Origin: Chloroflexota bacterium
GTDB taxonomy: Bacteria; Chloroflexota; Dehalococcoidia; DSTF01; JACRBR01
Length of the DNA stretch: 64,000 bases
Reading direction: 5' to 3'
Assembly (NCBI GenBank): GCA_031400455.1
Contig: JANNPX010000025.1
Coordinates: 64,345 to 128,344 of the forward strand
In this document: piece by piece, positions 11,490 through 22,529 of the stretch
Numbering within the stretch: position 1 is the first letter of the stretch
Layout of the letters: each line of letters starts with the position of its first letter
Made by a program: the position numbers and the translations under genes
Notes under the pieces: model-generated
Databases searched by the model: none
The model's input: the letters and a program-made list of their open reading frames with translations, nothing else
What the model was told of the DNA's origin: nothing

Positions 11490-11789
11490 ATGCCGAAGCA
11501 ACTGCACGCATACGGCATCATCTTGCGCCCGCTGATCACGGAGAAGGCGCAGACCATGGCCGCGCAACAGAACAAGTACGCCTTCGAGGTGGACAAGCGC
11601 GCCAACAAGATGCAGATCAAGGACGCCGTCGAAGTGGCGTTCACGGTGAGCGTGAAAGAAGTGAACACCTGCGTGATGAAGGGCAAGCGCCGTCGCTATG
11701 GCCGCGCCCTGACGAAGCAGCCTGACTGGAAGAAGGCTATCGTCACGCTGGCACCCGGCGAAAAAATCGAACTGTTCGAGGGCGTGTAG
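11490..11789 (+). CDS. rplW: 50S ribosomal protein L23
   Basis: 99 aa, L23 family, operon position. Confidence 0.95.
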   Translation: MPKQLHAYGIILRPLITEKAQTMAAQQNKYAFEVDKRANKMQIKDAVEVAFTVSVKEVNTCVMKGKRRRYGRALTKQPDWKKAIVTLAPGEKIELFEGV

Positions 11790-11791
11790 CA

Positions 11792-12622
11792 ATGGCAGTA
11801 AAGCAGTTCAAACCGACATCGCCCGGCCGCCGCGGCAGCTCCGGCTTCACCTTCGAAGAGATTACGAAGAAGAAGCCCGAGAAGTCGCTGATCATGACGC
11901 GCAAGCGCCAGTCCGGTCGCAACAACCAGGGCAAGATCACGGTGCGTCACCGCGGTGGCGGCCCGAAGCGCCGGATCCGCATCGTCGACTTCAAGCGCGA
12001 CAAGATCGGCGTCCCCGGCCGTGTCGCCGCGATTGAGTACGACCCCGGTCGCACGTCCCGTATCGCGCTGGTCAACTATCGCGATGGCGAGAAGCGCTAC
12101 ATCATCGCGCCGGTCGGACTGAAGGTCGACGAGATGATCCAGTCCGGTCCCGAATCGGAAGTGAAGGTCGGCAACACGCTGCCGTTGCAGAACATGCCGA
12201 ACGGCACGGTGATCCACAACATCGAGCTGACGCCGGGTCGCGGCGGACAGATCGTGCGCAGTGCCGGTACGTCGGCGCAGCTGATGGCGAAAGACGGCGA
12301 CTACACCCTCCTGCGTCTGCCCTCCGGCGAGATGCGGCGCGTGCTTTCACGCTGCCTCGCAACCGTAGGGCAGGTCGGGAATCCGGAGAACAGCCTGATC
12401 AAGCTCGGCAAGGCAGGGCGCACGCGCCACCGCCGCCGCCGGCCGCAGGTGCGTGGTGTAGTAATGAATCCGAACGACCACCCGCACGGTGGTGGTGAAG
12501 GCAAGGCGCCTATCGGTATGCCCAGCCCGAAGTCGCCGTGGGGCAAGCCGACGCTCGGCAAGCGCACACGCGCGCGGACGAAGGCGTCGGACAAGTTCAT
12601 CGTGCGGCGGAGGCAGAAGTAA
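11792..12622 (+). CDS. rplB: 50S ribosomal protein L2
   Basis: [29 protein letters not shown]. Confidence 0.97.
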   Translation: MAVKQFKPTSPGRRGSSGFTFEEITKKKPEKSLIMTRKRQSGRNNQGKITVRHRGGGPKRRIRIVDFKRDKIGVPGRVAAIEYDPGRTSRIALVNYRDGEKRYIIAPVGLKVDEMIQSGPESEVKVGNTLPLQNMPNGTVIHNIELTPGRGGQIVRSAGTSAQLMAKDGDYTLLRLPSGEMRRVLSRCLATVGQVGNPENSLIKLGKAGRTRHRRRRPQVRGVVMNPNDHPHGGGEGKAPIGMPSPKSPWGKPTLGKRTRARTKASDKFIVRRRQK

Positions 12623-12625
12623 CCC

Positions 12626-12934
12626 ATGTCTCGATCAATCAAGAAGGGCCCGTTCATCGAGCCCAAACTTATGAAGAAGGTCGAAGAGGTGAAGCGCACG
12701 AATGCGCGCACCGTCATTCGCACGTGGTCGCGCGCATCGACGATCCTGCCCGACATGGTCGGCCTGACGATCGGCGTACACGACGGCCGGCGGCACGTGC
12801 CGATATTCGTGTCGGAGAACATGGTCGGACACAAGCTGGGCGAGTTCGCGCTCACGCGGCATTTCCGCGGACACACGACGAAAGCAGAGAAGACGTCGCA
12901 GCAGCGTGGCGGCGCGCCAGGCGGCAAGGGCTAA
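12626..12934 (+). CDS. rpsS: 30S ribosomal protein S19
   Basis: S19 core with a short Gly-rich C-terminal tail. Confidence 0.96.
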   Translation: MSRSIKKGPFIEPKLMKKVEEVKRTNARTVIRTWSRASTILPDMVGLTIGVHDGRRHVPIFVSENMVGHKLGEFALTRHFRGHTTKAEKTSQQRGGAPGGKG

Positions 12935-12937
12935 ACA

Positions 12938-13270
12938 ATGGAAGTCAGTGCGACAGCCAAGCATTTGCCTATTTCAGCCCGCAAGGTGCGGCTGGTTCTG
13001 GATCAGCTGCCCGGCAAACGTGTCGAAGAGGCGATGGTGATGCTTCGATTCCTGCCGACGCCGCACGCGCGCGTGGTGGCGAAGGTATTGAAGTCGGCCG
13101 CGGCGAATGCGGAAAACAACTTCGCGCTCGATGCGGCGGAGTTGCGCGTGAAGCGCGCGTTCGCCGGCGAGTCTCAGACGCTGAAGCGATTCAAGGCGAA
13201 GTCGCGCGGACGCGTCGCGCCGATCCTGCGCCGCACGAGTCACGTGACGGTGATCGTCGAGGGGGTTTAG
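12938..13270 (+). CDS. rplV: 50S ribosomal protein L22
   Basis: L22 family, operon position. Confidence 0.95.
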   Translation: MEVSATAKHLPISARKVRLVLDQLPGKRVEEAMVMLRFLPTPHARVVAKVLKSAAANAENNFALDAAELRVKRAFAGESQTLKRFKAKSRGRVAPILRRTSHVTVIVEGV

Positions 13271-13271
13271 G

Positions 13272-14045
13272 TTGGGTCACAAAGTACATCCCACAGGGTT
13301 CCGCCTCGGCGTCATCTACGACTGGCAGAGCAAGTGGTACGCCGGCAAGAACTACCGCACCCAGCTGCACGAGGACCTCGCGATCCGCAAGCGGATCATG
13401 GAGGGTGGCGCCACGGATGCCGGCATCTCGCACGTCGAGATCGAGCGCAACGTCAACCAGATGACGGTGACGATCCACACAGCGAAGCCGGGCATCGTCA
13501 TCGGCAGGAGCGGCGCGAATGTCGACCTGTTGCGGACGGAGCTCGAGAAGACCACCGGCCACCGCGTACGCGTGAACATCAACGAGATCCGCACGCCGGA
13601 GCTGGATGCGTACCTCGTCGCGCGCAGCATCGCCGAGCAGCTGCAACGCCGCGTCGCGTTCCGCCGCGCGATCAAGCAGACGGTTGGACGGACGATGCAA
13701 CGAGGCGCGAAGGGCATCAAGGTGACCGTCGCCGGCCGCTTGGGTGGCTCGGAGATGTCGCGGCGCGAGTCGGAGAAGCAAGGACGGATTCCGCTGCACA
13801 CGCTGCGCGCGGACATCGACTTCGGCATCGCCGAGGCGCACACGACGTTCGGGCGCATCGGCGTGAAGGTGTGGATCTACAAGGGCGACATCATGCCGCC
13901 GCCGAAGCGGCCGCGCGCCGACGGCGACTTCTCCGGCATGGACGCCGAGCAGCGTGCAGCAGCGATGGGGACGACGCGGGCGCCGGTCGCCGTCGCGGCC
14001 GTCGCTACAGAACCAGAAGAGCCGGCAAGCACGGTGAGCGAGTAA
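13272..14045 (+). CDS. rpsC: 30S ribosomal protein S3
   Basis: TTG start, MGHKVHPTGFRLG...; C-terminal low-complexity tail. Confidence 0.96.
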   Translation: MGHKVHPTGFRLGVIYDWQSKWYAGKNYRTQLHEDLAIRKRIMEGGATDAGISHVEIERNVNQMTVTIHTAKPGIVIGRSGANVDLLRTELEKTTGHRVRVNINEIRTPELDAYLVARSIAEQLQRRVAFRRAIKQTVGRTMQRGAKGIKVTVAGRLGGSEMSRRESEKQGRIPLHTLRADIDFGIAEAHTTFGRIGVKVWIYKGDIMPPPKRPRADGDFSGMDAEQRAAAMGTTRAPVAVAAVATEPEEPASTVSE

Positions 14046-14051
14046 CGAGCG

Positions 14052-14471
14052 ATGCTGCAACCAAAGCGCACCAAGTTTCGCAAGCAGCACCGCGGCCACC
14101 GGCGTGGTATCGCCGGCCGCGGCGATGAGATCAGCTTCGGCGAGTTCGGGCTGCAGGCAGTCGGCCACGCCTGGATCGACAGCCGGCAGATCGAGGCCGC
14201 CCGCCGTGCGATTACCCACGAGTTGAAGCGTGGCGGCAAGGTGTGGATTCGGATCTTCCCGGACAAGCCGGTGACATCGAAGCCCGCGGAGACGCGGATG
14301 GGTAGCGGTAAGGGCGCGCCGGACCACTGGGTGGCCGTAATCAAGCCCGGACGCATGCTGTTCGAGGTCGCGGGCGTGAAGGAAGACCTGGCCCGAGAGG
14401 CGCTGCGCTTGGCCGCGCACAAGTTGCCGCTGGAAACACGCACGGTGATCAAGGAACACGAGGGGATCTGA
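14052..14471 (+). CDS. rplP: 50S ribosomal protein L16
   Basis: [15 protein letters not shown]... Confidence 0.97.
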   Translation: MLQPKRTKFRKQHRGHRRGIAGRGDEISFGEFGLQAVGHAWIDSRQIEAARRAITHELKRGGKVWIRIFPDKPVTSKPAETRMGSGKGAPDHWVAVIKPGRMLFEVAGVKEDLAREALRLAAHKLPLETRTVIKEHEGI

Positions 14472-14710
14472 TGGCCGGTCGTAAGACGAAGGAGCGCTCG
14501 GAAGAGTTGCGGGCGATGTCCGACGAGAAGCTGGCGAATGAGTTGCAGGAGACGTACCGCCGGCTGTTCACGGTGCGGCTGCAGTTGAGTACGCGCCAGC
14601 AGACGAACACGACCGAAGAGACGAAGGTGCGGCGCCAGATCGCGCGGCTCCGGACTCTCCAGCGCGAGCGACAGCTCGCGGCCGCGTATGCGGCGCAGAC
14701 CGGAAAATAG
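14471..14710 (+). CDS. rpmC: 50S ribosomal protein L29
   Basis: 79 aa helical L29; start overlaps the rplP stop. Confidence 0.93.
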   Translation: MAGRKTKERSEELRAMSDEKLANELQETYRRLFTVRLQLSTRQQTNTTEETKVRRQIARLRTLQRERQLAAAYAAQTGK

Positions 14711-14719
14711 CGAGGACGT

Positions 14720-15193
14720 ATGGGTTCGACAGAGAAGCTTCAGTTGGGCACGGTGGTCAGCAACAAGATGGATAAGACCGTCGTGGTGCGCATCGACCGC
14801 CACAAGCGCCACCGGCTCTACGGGAAGACCATTCGCGTCACCCGCCGCTACAAGGCGCACGACGAGAACAACGAGTGCCGCCTCGGCGACATCGTGAAGA
14901 TCTCGGAGACGCGGCCGCTCTCGCGCGACAAGCGCTGGCGCGTCGTTGAGGTCGTCGTCAAGGGCGACGTCGCGGAAGTGGCGCCGACGGAAATCGGATC
15001 GAGCCTGAGCGGAGAGATTCGCGCGGCGCAGTCCCAGGCGGCCGCGAAGACAGCTGCCGACGAGCGCGCGGCGAACATCGCGGCGCGAGAAGCCGCTGCC
15101 GCTGCAGCGGCATTGGCGCCTGCACCGGAAGTCGCATCGACGCCGGAGCCGGTGGCCGAGGACGCCCCGGCGCCTGAGGAGAACGAGTCGTGA
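14720..15193 (+). CDS. rpsQ: 30S ribosomal protein S17 with ~70-aa Ala/Glu/Pro-rich C-terminal extension
   Basis: The S17 core occupies residues 1-85. A low-complexity tail ([31 protein letters not shown]...) follows. Confidence 0.93.
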   Translation: MGSTEKLQLGTVVSNKMDKTVVVRIDRHKRHRLYGKTIRVTRRYKAHDENNECRLGDIVKISETRPLSRDKRWRVVEVVVKGDVAEVAPTEIGSSLSGEIRAAQSQAAAKTAADERAANIAAREAAAAAAALAPAPEVASTPEPVAEDAPAPEENES

Positions 15194-15558
15194 TCCAGTC
15201 GTACACGCGGCTCAAGGTTGCCGATAATTCGGGCGCGCGGTCGCTCATGTGCATCACGGTGCTCGGTGGTTCCGGCCGCCGCTATGCAGCCGTGGGCGAT
15301 GTCATCGTCTGCTCCGTCAAGACGGCACAGCCGGGCGGCGGCGTGAAGAAGGGTGAAGTCGTGAAGGCCGTCGTTGTGCGCACCGCGAAGCCATACGGCC
15401 GCGCGGACGGCTCCTACATCCGCTTCGACGAGAACGCCGCCGTGGTGCTATCCGACAAACAGAATCCCAAGGGCACGCGCATCTTCGGACCCGTGGCGCG
15501 CGAACTGCGCGACAAGAACTTCATGAAGATCGTCTCCCTGGCGCCGGAGGTCGTGTAG
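15190..15558 (+). CDS. rplN: 50S ribosomal protein L14
   Basis: [16 protein letters not shown]... Confidence 0.97.
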   Translation: MIQSYTRLKVADNSGARSLMCITVLGGSGRRYAAVGDVIVCSVKTAQPGGGVKKGEVVKAVVVRTAKPYGRADGSYIRFDENAAVVLSDKQNPKGTRIFGPVARELRDKNFMKIVSLAPEVV

Positions 15559-15560
15559 CC

Positions 15561-15914
15561 ATGCGGAAGATTAAGCGCGACGACAACGTGCTGATGCTCG
15601 CGGGCAAGGATCGCGGCAAGGTCGGCGTTGTGCGGCAGATTGTCGGCGGTGGCGACCTGGTGAAGGTGAAGGGGCATCGCCCGAAGGTGACGGAAGACAA
15701 AGTGTTCGTCACCGGCCTCAACATGGTGAAACGCCACAAGAAGGAGCAGCAGGGCGCGGCGCACGCAGGCATCATCGAGAAAGAGATGCCGGTACCGCTC
15801 GCGCGCGTGATGCTGATCTGTAAGAGCTGCAACAAGCCTGTCCGCGTCGGATTCATCACGCGCGGTGATGGCAAGCACCGCGTATGCCGCAGCTGCGGCC
15901 AGGACGTCGACTGA
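15561..15914 (+). CDS. rplX: 50S ribosomal protein L24 with C-terminal CxxC-x18-CxxC zinc ribbon
   Basis: KOW domain followed by a C-terminal CKSC...CRSC zinc ribbon. Confidence 0.93.
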   Translation: MRKIKRDDNVLMLAGKDRGKVGVVRQIVGGGDLVKVKGHRPKVTEDKVFVTGLNMVKRHKKEQQGAAHAGIIEKEMPVPLARVMLICKSCNKPVRVGFITRGDGKHRVCRSCGQDVD

Positions 15915-16468
15915 TGGCATCTCCACGACTCAAGGAACGTTACAAGGCGGAGATCGCGCCCGAGCTGATGAAGCAGTTCAGCTACGGGAACGTGATGCAG
16001 GTTCCGCGCGTACAGAAAGTGACCGTCAACATCGGCCTTGGCGAAGCGCGCGACAACGCGCGTGCCGTCGAGTCCGCGACATCGGAGGTCGCGACGATCA
16101 CGGGCCAGAAGCCGGTCGTGACGAAGGCGAAGAAGGCCATCGCGAACTTCAAGATCCGCGAGAACATGGCGATCGGCGTGGCGGTGACGCTGCGCGGCGA
16201 CCGCATGTACGAGTTCCTGGATCGCCTGCTCAATGCCGCCCTCCCGCGCATCCGTGACTTTCACGGCGTGCCGACGAAGGCGTTTGACGGGCGCGGCAAC
16301 TTCAGCCTGGGTGTGCGGGAGCAGCTGATCTTCCCGGAGATCGATTACGACAAGGTGGACAAGATCCGCGGCATGCAGATCAACATTGTCACCAGCGCGA
16401 AGACGGACGAAGAGGGACAGCGGCTGCTCGAACTGATGGGCATGCCGTTCTCGAAGGAGCGTGTCTAG
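15914..16468 (+). CDS. rplE: 50S ribosomal protein L5
   Basis: The ATG overlaps the rplX TGA by 1 nt ([11 protein letters not shown]...). The track ORF is extended upstream. Confidence 0.95.
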   Translation: MASPRLKERYKAEIAPELMKQFSYGNVMQVPRVQKVTVNIGLGEARDNARAVESATSEVATITGQKPVVTKAKKAIANFKIRENMAIGVAVTLRGDRMYEFLDRLLNAALPRIRDFHGVPTKAFDGRGNFSLGVREQLIFPEIDYDKVDKIRGMQINIVTSAKTDEEGQRLLELMGMPFSKERV

Positions 16469-16470
16469 CC

Positions 16471-16656
16471 ATGGCGAAGACATCGATGATCGTCAAGGCG
16501 AACCGGGAGCCGAAGTTCTCGACGCGCAAGAAGAATCGCTGCAAGTTGTGCGGCCGGCCGCGGGCGTTCATCCGCCACTTCGCGCTGTGCCGCATCTGCT
16601 TCCGCGGTCTGGCGTTGAAGGGGCACCTGCCCGGGGTAATGAAGTCGAGCTGGTAG
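16471..16656 (+). CDS. rpsZ: 30S ribosomal protein S14, zinc-binding type Z
   Basis: 61 aa, CKLCGR...CRICFR. Confidence 0.96.
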   Translation: MAKTSMIVKANREPKFSTRKKNRCKLCGRPRAFIRHFALCRICFRGLALKGHLPGVMKSSW

Positions 16657-16735
16657 AGAAGCCGGCCGGAAGGCCTTTCCGTAGCTCGGCCGCCGTTGGC
16701 GGACGAAAGCACGGGAGAATGAGGAGGCGGAAGCC

Positions 16736-17134
16736 TTGAACATGACGGATCCAATCGCGGACATGCTGACGCGCATCCGCAACGCGGTGACGGCCAAGCA
16801 CGAGTACGTCAACATCCCCGCTTCAAAGATGAAGCTGGCGATTGCGAACGTGCTGCGGAACGAAGGCTTCATCCGTGAGTACGAGATGCAGGAGGACGGG
16901 GTCCGCAAACTGCTCCGCGTCCACCTGAACTACACCGGAAAGAAAGAACCGGTGCTGTCAGGCCTGCAGCGCATCAGCAAGCCGGGTCTGCGGGTGTACG
17001 TGCAGAAGCGCGAGATCCCGCGCGTTTACGGCGGCCTGGGGATCGCGATTCTTTCGACGCCTCAGGGCGTAATGACGGGTCAGGACGCATGGCGGCGCAG
17101 CATCGGCGGCGAAGTCATCTGTTACGTGTGGTAG
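16736..17134 (+). CDS. rpsH: 30S ribosomal protein S8
   Basis: [15 protein letters not shown]; start is either the TTG at 16736 or the ATG at 16742. Confidence 0.95.
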   Translation: MNMTDPIADMLTRIRNAVTAKHEYVNIPASKMKLAIANVLRNEGFIREYEMQEDGVRKLLRVHLNYTGKKEPVLSGLQRISKPGLRVYVQKREIPRVYGGLGIAILSTPQGVMTGQDAWRRSIGGEVICYVW

Positions 17135-17138
17135 AGCA

Positions 17139-17684
17139 ATGTCACGAATAGGCAAGCTGCCGATCCCGGTTGCGAAGAACGTACAGGTCGATGTTGACGG
17201 CTCGACTGTGAAGGTGAAAGGCCCGAAGGGCGAGCTCGTGCGCGACTTTCCGGCCGGCATCTCGTTCACAACAGCCGAAGGCACGATTACGGTCGTCCGT
17301 CCGAACGATGAGAAGAAGTCGCGCGCGCTGCACGGGCTGTCGCGCTCGCTGTTGGCGAACATGGTGACCGGCGTCGCCGATGGCTATACGAAGACGCTGG
17401 AACTGCAGGGCGTCGGTTACCGCGCGACGCAGTCCGGTGACAAGGTAACACTGGCCGTCGGATTCTCGCATCCCGTTGAAGTCGTGCCACCCGCGGGCAT
17501 CCAACTGGCAGTCGAAGGCACGACAAAGGTCCACGTCACCGGCATCGACAAGGAACTGGTCGGGCAGGTCGCGGCAAACATCCGTAAGGTGCGCAAGCCG
17601 GAGCCGTACAAGGGCAAGGGCATCCGCTACCTTGGTGAGTACGTGCGCAGGAAGGCCGGCAAGGCCGGCAAGGCAGGGAAGTAG
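17139..17684 (+). CDS. rplF: 50S ribosomal protein L6
   Basis: L6 family; ends in a [10 protein letters not shown] repeat. Confidence 0.95.
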   Translation: MSRIGKLPIPVAKNVQVDVDGSTVKVKGPKGELVRDFPAGISFTTAEGTITVVRPNDEKKSRALHGLSRSLLANMVTGVADGYTKTLELQGVGYRATQSGDKVTLAVGFSHPVEVVPPAGIQLAVEGTTKVHVTGIDKELVGQVAANIRKVRKPEPYKGKGIRYLGEYVRRKAGKAGKAGK

Positions 17685-18047
17685 ATGAAGGCATCCAAGA
17701 CAGGCCGCGCAGCGCGCATCCGGCGGCACGAGCGCGTGCGAAAGACCGTCTCAGGCACGGCCGAGCGGCCGCGGCTGGCGGTATATCGCAGCCTGACGCA
17801 CATCTACGCGCAGGTGATCGACGACGAACGCGGCCACACGCTGGCGGCAGCCTCCACGATGGAGAAGACGCTGAAGGGAACCAGCGGCGACAAGTCGGCA
17901 CGAGCGAAGGCAGTCGGCGCGGCTGTCGCGAAGAAGGCGATGGATACAGGCGTCACGAAGGTCGTCTTCGACCGCGGCGGAAACAGGTACCACGGTCGCG
18001 TCAAGGCGCTGGCCGATGCGGCCCGGGAAGCGGGCCTGCAGTTCTAG
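17685..18047 (+). CDS. rplR: 50S ribosomal protein L18
   Basis: L18 family, operon position. Confidence 0.94.
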   Translation: MKASKTGRAARIRRHERVRKTVSGTAERPRLAVYRSLTHIYAQVIDDERGHTLAAASTMEKTLKGTSGDKSARAKAVGAAVAKKAMDTGVTKVVFDRGGNRYHGRVKALADAAREAGLQF

Positions 18048-18084
18048 GTAGAGTGTCCGCGTACCAGCGGACGAGGACAACGAC

Positions 18085-18636
18085 ATGACCGCACCAAGAA
18101 TGCCGAAGATTGAGCCGCGAGACCTGGACCTGCAGGAGAAGGTGGTCTTCATCAACCGCGTCTCCAAGGTGGTGAAGGGTGGACGCCGATTCAGCTTCAG
18201 CGCCGTCGTCGTTGTAGGGGATGGCCACGGCCACGTCGGCGCCGGCATGGGCAAGGCGAACGAAGTGCCGGACGCCATCAAGAAGGGCTCCGCCGTCGCA
18301 CGGAAGAATCTGATCTCGGTGCCGATGAATAAGGGCACGATCGCGCACCCCATCGTCGCCCACTTCGGCGCAGCCAAGGTGATGATGAAGCCGGCGTCGC
18401 CGGGTACGGGACTGATCGCCGGCGGTGGCGTGCGGGCCGTGATGGAGTCGGCGGGCATCAAGGATGTGCTGACCAAGTCGCTCGGCTCGTCGAACGCACT
18501 CAACGTGGTGAAAGCGACAATGGTGGGCCTCTCGCAACTGCGTGACCCCAAGGCCGTGACGGCTCGCCGCCGCGCGGCCGCCAACCGCCATTCGACCGAC
18601 GCGCTGCCGTCGACCGTTGCTCCGGTGGAGGCGTAA
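18085..18636 (+). CDS. rpsE: 30S ribosomal protein S5
   Basis: [26 protein letters not shown]. Confidence 0.96.
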   Translation: MTAPRMPKIEPRDLDLQEKVVFINRVSKVVKGGRRFSFSAVVVVGDGHGHVGAGMGKANEVPDAIKKGSAVARKNLISVPMNKGTIAHPIVAHFGAAKVMMKPASPGTGLIAGGGVRAVMESAGIKDVLTKSLGSSNALNVVKATMVGLSQLRDPKAVTARRRAAANRHSTDALPSTVAPVEA

Positions 18637-18639
18637 GTC

Positions 18640-18819
18640 ATGGGAAAGATTAAGGTTACGTGGGAGCGCAGCGGCATCAACCAGAAGGAAGACCAGAAGC
18701 GCACGATTCGCGCGCTCGGTTTGCGCAAGCTGGGACAGACCGTGATTCACGACGATACCCGAACGATCCACGGCATGGTGACCAAGGTGCGGCACCTCGT
18801 CACGGTCGAGGAGGCGTAG
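18640..18819 (+). CDS. rpmD: 50S ribosomal protein L30
   Basis: 59-aa ORF (MGKIKVTWERSGINQKEDQKRTIRALGLRKL...) missing from the track because it is under 60 aa; operon position. Confidence 0.85.
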   Translation: MGKIKVTWERSGINQKEDQKRTIRALGLRKLGQTVIHDDTRTIHGMVTKVRHLVTVEEA

Positions 18820-19437
18820 ATGCAACAGCATGAACTGCGACAGGCTCCCGGCGCGACGCACAAGCGGAAGCGTGTAGGGCGCGGTAACGCCAGCGGCCAC
18901 GGCACGTACGCTACGCGCGGCCGAAAGGGACAGAAAGCGCGCTCGGGTGGAGGCGTGCGTCCCGGGTTCGAGGGTGGCCAGCTGCCGCTTATCCGCCGCA
19001 TGGCGTCAAAGCGCGGGTTCCGCAATCCGTTCCGAGTTGACTACGAAGAAGTGAACGTCGGCATGCTGTCGATCTTCTCAGGCGGCGCCGAAGTCAACGC
19101 CGAGTCTCTGGCGGCTACGCGCCTCGTGCGCACCGGCAAGCCGGTGAAGGTGCTCGGCGAGGGCGATGTCACCGCAGCGCTCACGGTCGAAGCGGCCAGC
19201 TTCTCGAAGTCCGCGATCGCGAAGATCGAAGCCGCGGGCGGCAGCGTACGCTGGTTGAACGGTGTGCCGGAGCCGAAGCCCGCCGAGCGAAAGCCGAACT
19301 CGGTGCGCGTGCGCAATGCCGCCAAGAAGCTCGCTGCTGCTGGCAAGCAGGCGGCGAAGGAATCGGCTGACGCTGCGGGCAAGCAGGCGAAGACGGACGC
19401 GAAGGACGAGGCGAAGGAAGAGGCGGCGGAGGCGTAA
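18820..19437 (+). CDS. rplO: 50S ribosomal protein L15 with Lys/Ala/Glu-rich C-terminal extension
   Basis: L15 core ending at about residue 150, then a KKLAAAGKQAAKESADAAGKQAKTDAKDEAKEEAAEA tail. Confidence 0.94.
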   Translation: MQQHELRQAPGATHKRKRVGRGNASGHGTYATRGRKGQKARSGGGVRPGFEGGQLPLIRRMASKRGFRNPFRVDYEEVNVGMLSIFSGGAEVNAESLAATRLVRTGKPVKVLGEGDVTAALTVEAASFSKSAIAKIEAAGGSVRWLNGVPEPKPAERKPNSVRVRNAAKKLAAAGKQAAKESADAAGKQAKTDAKDEAKEEAAEA

Positions 19438-19438
19438 T

Positions 19439-20818
19439 ATGGCGCTTGCAGCGAGCCGGCAACAAGCCAGCAGCCGACCGCGGCTGCTTCAGGCCGTCTT
19501 CGACGCGGTGCAGCAGCCGGACATCCGCAAGAAGCTGCTGTTCACGGCGGCGATGCTCGTCATCTTTCGGTTCGTCGCGCACATCCCGGTGCCGGGCGTG
19601 GATCCACGTCAACTCGAAGATGCATTCAACGAGAGCGCGCTCCTCGGTCTGTTCAACCTGTTTAGCGGTGGAGCGCTGCGGCGCGTTAGTATCGCTGCGC
19701 TGGGTGTGTATCCGTACATCACCGCCAACATCATCATGCAGCTTGTCACGCCGATCTTCCCGTCGCTCGCGAACCTCCAGAAGGAGGGCGAGGCGGGGCG
19801 CCACCGGCTGGAGCTGTATCAGCACTGGGCGACGGTGCCGCTCTGCTTCGTGCAGGGATACGCACAGCTCGTCATCCTTCATACGACCGTCTCGTCCGCA
19901 GCGCCCGGCGCCATGTTCGATCCCTCGTTCAGCGGCGATCAGGCGCTCGTGACGTTCACTGCGCTGTTCTCGATGACGGCGGGGACGCTCTTCTTGGTCT
20001 GGATCGGTGAGTTGATCACGGAGAACGGCATCGGCAACGGGATATCCGTGATCATCTTCGGCGGCATTGTCGCGGGCATGCCAGGCCTGCTGAATCAGCT
20101 CTTCAACTCGTCTATCGGCATCTTTGGCATCGGGTTACTGGCGGCGCTCACGGTGCTCCTCATCGCGGCGATCGTTTACATGCAGGAGGCGACGCGCAAG
20201 ATCCCCGTGCAATACGCGAAGAGCGTGTTCAGAGCCGGGAAGATGTACCGGCAATCGGGGCAGAGCCATATTCCCCTGCGGGTTAACTCGGCCGGCATGA
20301 TCCCGCTCATCTTCGCGTTCTCCATCGTGATCTTGCCGGCGTACATGGCGCAGTTCGTCCGAGACTCGTCCAGCACGCCATGGATCCGCAGCACGGCGAG
20401 CTTCGTGAACGATCTCGTGTCGCCGGGTACCGGGACCGGCCAGGGTACAAGCCCCGGCTTCTACATCTTTGTGTTCCTTCTGGTCATTGGATTCAGCTTC
20501 TTCTACACGCTCGTGGTGTATCAACAGCAGAATCTTGCGGAGAACCTGCAGAAGCAGGGTGGTTTCGTGCCGGGCATTCGTCCCGGCCGGCCCACAGGCG
20601 AGTACATCATGCGCGTCCTCGTGCGCATCACCTGGGCTGGCGCGATCTTCCTGGGGATCGTCGCGGTCCTCCCGTACCTCGTCACCAACTGGTTCGATAC
20701 GACATCGCTGAGCATCAGTAGTACCGGCATGCTCATCGTCGTCGGCGTCGTGCTGGATACGATGAAACAACTCGAAGCGCAGCTCCTGATGCGCAACTAC
20801 GAGGGGTTCATCCGCTAG
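19439..20818 (+). CDS. secY: preprotein translocase subunit SecY
   Basis: Start trimmed to the ATG just after the rplO stop (459 aa); ten predicted TM segments. Confidence 0.95.
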   Translation: MALAASRQQASSRPRLLQAVFDAVQQPDIRKKLLFTAAMLVIFRFVAHIPVPGVDPRQLEDAFNESALLGLFNLFSGGALRRVSIAALGVYPYITANIIMQLVTPIFPSLANLQKEGEAGRHRLELYQHWATVPLCFVQGYAQLVILHTTVSSAAPGAMFDPSFSGDQALVTFTALFSMTAGTLFLVWIGELITENGIGNGISVIIFGGIVAGMPGLLNQLFNSSIGIFGIGLLAALTVLLIAAIVYMQEATRKIPVQYAKSVFRAGKMYRQSGQSHIPLRVNSAGMIPLIFAFSIVILPAYMAQFVRDSSSTPWIRSTASFVNDLVSPGTGTGQGTSPGFYIFVFLLVIGFSFFYTLVVYQQQNLAENLQKQGGFVPGIRPGRPTGEYIMRVLVRITWAGAIFLGIVAVLPYLVTNWFDTTSLSISSTGMLIVVGVVLDTMKQLEAQLLMRNYEGFIR

Positions 20819-21412
20819 ATGTACGTCATCTTTTTCGGCCCCCCCGGCGTCGGCAAGGGCACGCAGGCCATGATCATCGCCGAGCGTATGGGTTGGGCGC
20901 ACATTTCGACCGGCGACATGCTGCGCGCGCACGTGAAGGATGGCACCGAGTTGGGCCTGAAAGCCAAGGCGATCATGGACGAGGGCTTGCTGGTGCCGGA
21001 CGACCTGGTGATCAACATGTTCCTGCAGCGGCTCGGCGAACTCGCGCCCGACCAGGGCTTCGTGCTTGATGGCTTCCCGCGCACGCTTGTGCAGGCGCAG
21101 GCGCTCGATGCCGCGCTCGCGAAGATGGGGAAGGCGATCGACATCGCGATGAACATCACGGCGCCGGACGACATCCTCATCGACCGCATGTTGCTCCGCG
21201 CGAAGGATTCGGGTCGGGCGGACGACACGCCCGAGGCGATCAAGACGCGGCTGGAAGTGCAGAAGCCGGCGGCGGAGCTGCTCGCGCACTATCGGGCGTC
21301 CGGCAAGTTGAAGGATGTCGATGGCATCCCCGAGATTCCGTTCGTGACGCGAGCGATCGTTGCTGCGCTGGGTGTGGATGGTTCGGGCGGCGCCGTTCGG
21401 GTCGGGAAGTAG
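20819..21412 (+). CDS. adk: adenylate kinase (short LID form)
   Basis: P-loop GPPGVGKGTQA; 197 aa with no Cys4 zinc lid. Confidence 0.94.
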   Translation: MYVIFFGPPGVGKGTQAMIIAERMGWAHISTGDMLRAHVKDGTELGLKAKAIMDEGLLVPDDLVINMFLQRLGELAPDQGFVLDGFPRTLVQAQALDAALAKMGKAIDIAMNITAPDDILIDRMLLRAKDSGRADDTPEAIKTRLEVQKPAAELLAHYRASGKLKDVDGIPEIPFVTRAIVAALGVDGSGGAVRVGK

Positions 21413-21425
21413 GCAAGTTCCCGAC

Positions 21426-22181
21426 ATGCCCATCATCATCAAGTCCGATGACGAGATTGCCATCATGCGCGAGGCCGGGCGCATAGTGGCCCAGACGATG
21501 CAGAAACTGCTCGATGAGCTACGGCCGGGGCTGGTCGTGAAGGAGTTGGACACGCTGGTTCGCAAGGAGTTCGCGAAGCACAACGTGATCCCAACGTTCC
21601 TGGGATACGCGCAGCCGCCATACCCGGCGACCGTCTGCGTGTCCGTGAACGAGGAGATCGTGCACGGCATCCCGCTGAAGCGCGTGCTGCAGGACGGCGA
21701 TGTCGTGAGCATCGACCTGGGGTGCACGTACAAGGGCTTCGTCGCGGATCACGCCATTACGGCGATCGTCGGTACGCCGAAGCCGAAGATGCAGGAACTA
21801 GTGGACGTAACACGCGGAGCATTGCAGGAAGGGATCAGCCACCTGCGCGCCGGAAACAAGCTTGGTGAAGTCTCCCACGCCATCGGCGAGTACATCGAGG
21901 CGCGCGGCTTCGGCGTTGTGCGCGAGTACGTCGGCCACGGCGTCGGGCGTTCGATGCACGAGGAGCCGTCTGTGCCGAACTTCGGCCCCGCCGACCGTGG
22001 ACCTGTGCTGAAGAAGGGAATGGTTCTGGCGCTGGAGCCCATGGTCACGGTGGGGGACTTCCGCACCCGCCAGCTCGACGATCACTGGACCGTCGTGACG
22101 GCGGACGGCAGCTGGGCTGCCCACTTCGAGCACACAATAGCCGTCACGGATGGCGATCCGCTGGTGCTGACGGTGCCGTGA
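21426..22181 (+). CDS. map: type I methionine aminopeptidase
   Basis: Pita-bread fold metal ligands in the conserved spacing; start trimmed to MPIIIKSDDEIA. Confidence 0.93.
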   Translation: MPIIIKSDDEIAIMREAGRIVAQTMQKLLDELRPGLVVKELDTLVRKEFAKHNVIPTFLGYAQPPYPATVCVSVNEEIVHGIPLKRVLQDGDVVSIDLGCTYKGFVADHAITAIVGTPKPKMQELVDVTRGALQEGISHLRAGNKLGEVSHAIGEYIEARGFGVVREYVGHGVGRSMHEEPSVPNFGPADRGPVLKKGMVLALEPMVTVGDFRTRQLDDHWTVVTADGSWAAHFEHTIAVTDGDPLVLTVP

Positions 22182-22225
22182 GGCATCGACGGCTCGACGT
22201 TAGGAGCGCGCAGGTATAGAATCTT

Positions 22226-22276
22226 TTGTTCGCGCTCCAGCGATGTATTTGGTATAACAATTCGCTTGAGGCGAAT
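22226..22276 (+). promoter_or_regulatory. possible internal promoter and small hairpin upstream of infA
   Basis: TTGTTC ... TATAAC (long spacer) and a perfect IR ATTCGC-ttgag-GCGAAT at 22260-22276 in the 111-nt gap before infA. Confidence 0.25.
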
Positions 22277-22292
22277 CTCGGGGAAGGAGCGC

Positions 22293-22511
22293 ATGCCGAA
22301 AAAGGACGCGATCGAGGTAGAGGGCGTAGTGAGAGAGCCCCTGCCGAACGCGATGTTCAAGGTGGAGCTGCCAAATGGGCACCAGGTGCTGGCGCACATC
22401 TCTGGAAAGATTCGGCTGAATTTCATCAAAGTGTTACCGGGCGACCGTGTGCTTGTTGAGTTGTCACCGTACGACCTGACGCGCGGGCGCATTACGTATC
22501 GATTCAGGTAA
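22293..22511 (+). CDS. infA: translation initiation factor IF-1
   Basis: 72 aa S1-like OB fold; AGGAG RBS. Confidence 0.94.
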   Translation: MPKKDAIEVEGVVREPLPNAMFKVELPNGHQVLAHISGKIRLNFIKVLPGDRVLVELSPYDLTRGRITYRFR

Positions 22512-22529
22512 ACGCAGACAGGAACAGAC

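Noticed and set aside
19262-19438. Upstream extensions of the track ORFs for secY, rpsG, rplD, rplE, map, infA, truA, ldt, ACAD, beta-lactamase and topA
   Set aside because: The extensions overlap the preceding gene or a repeat array and lack an RBS. Conserved N-termini and RBS positions support the shorter starts given above.
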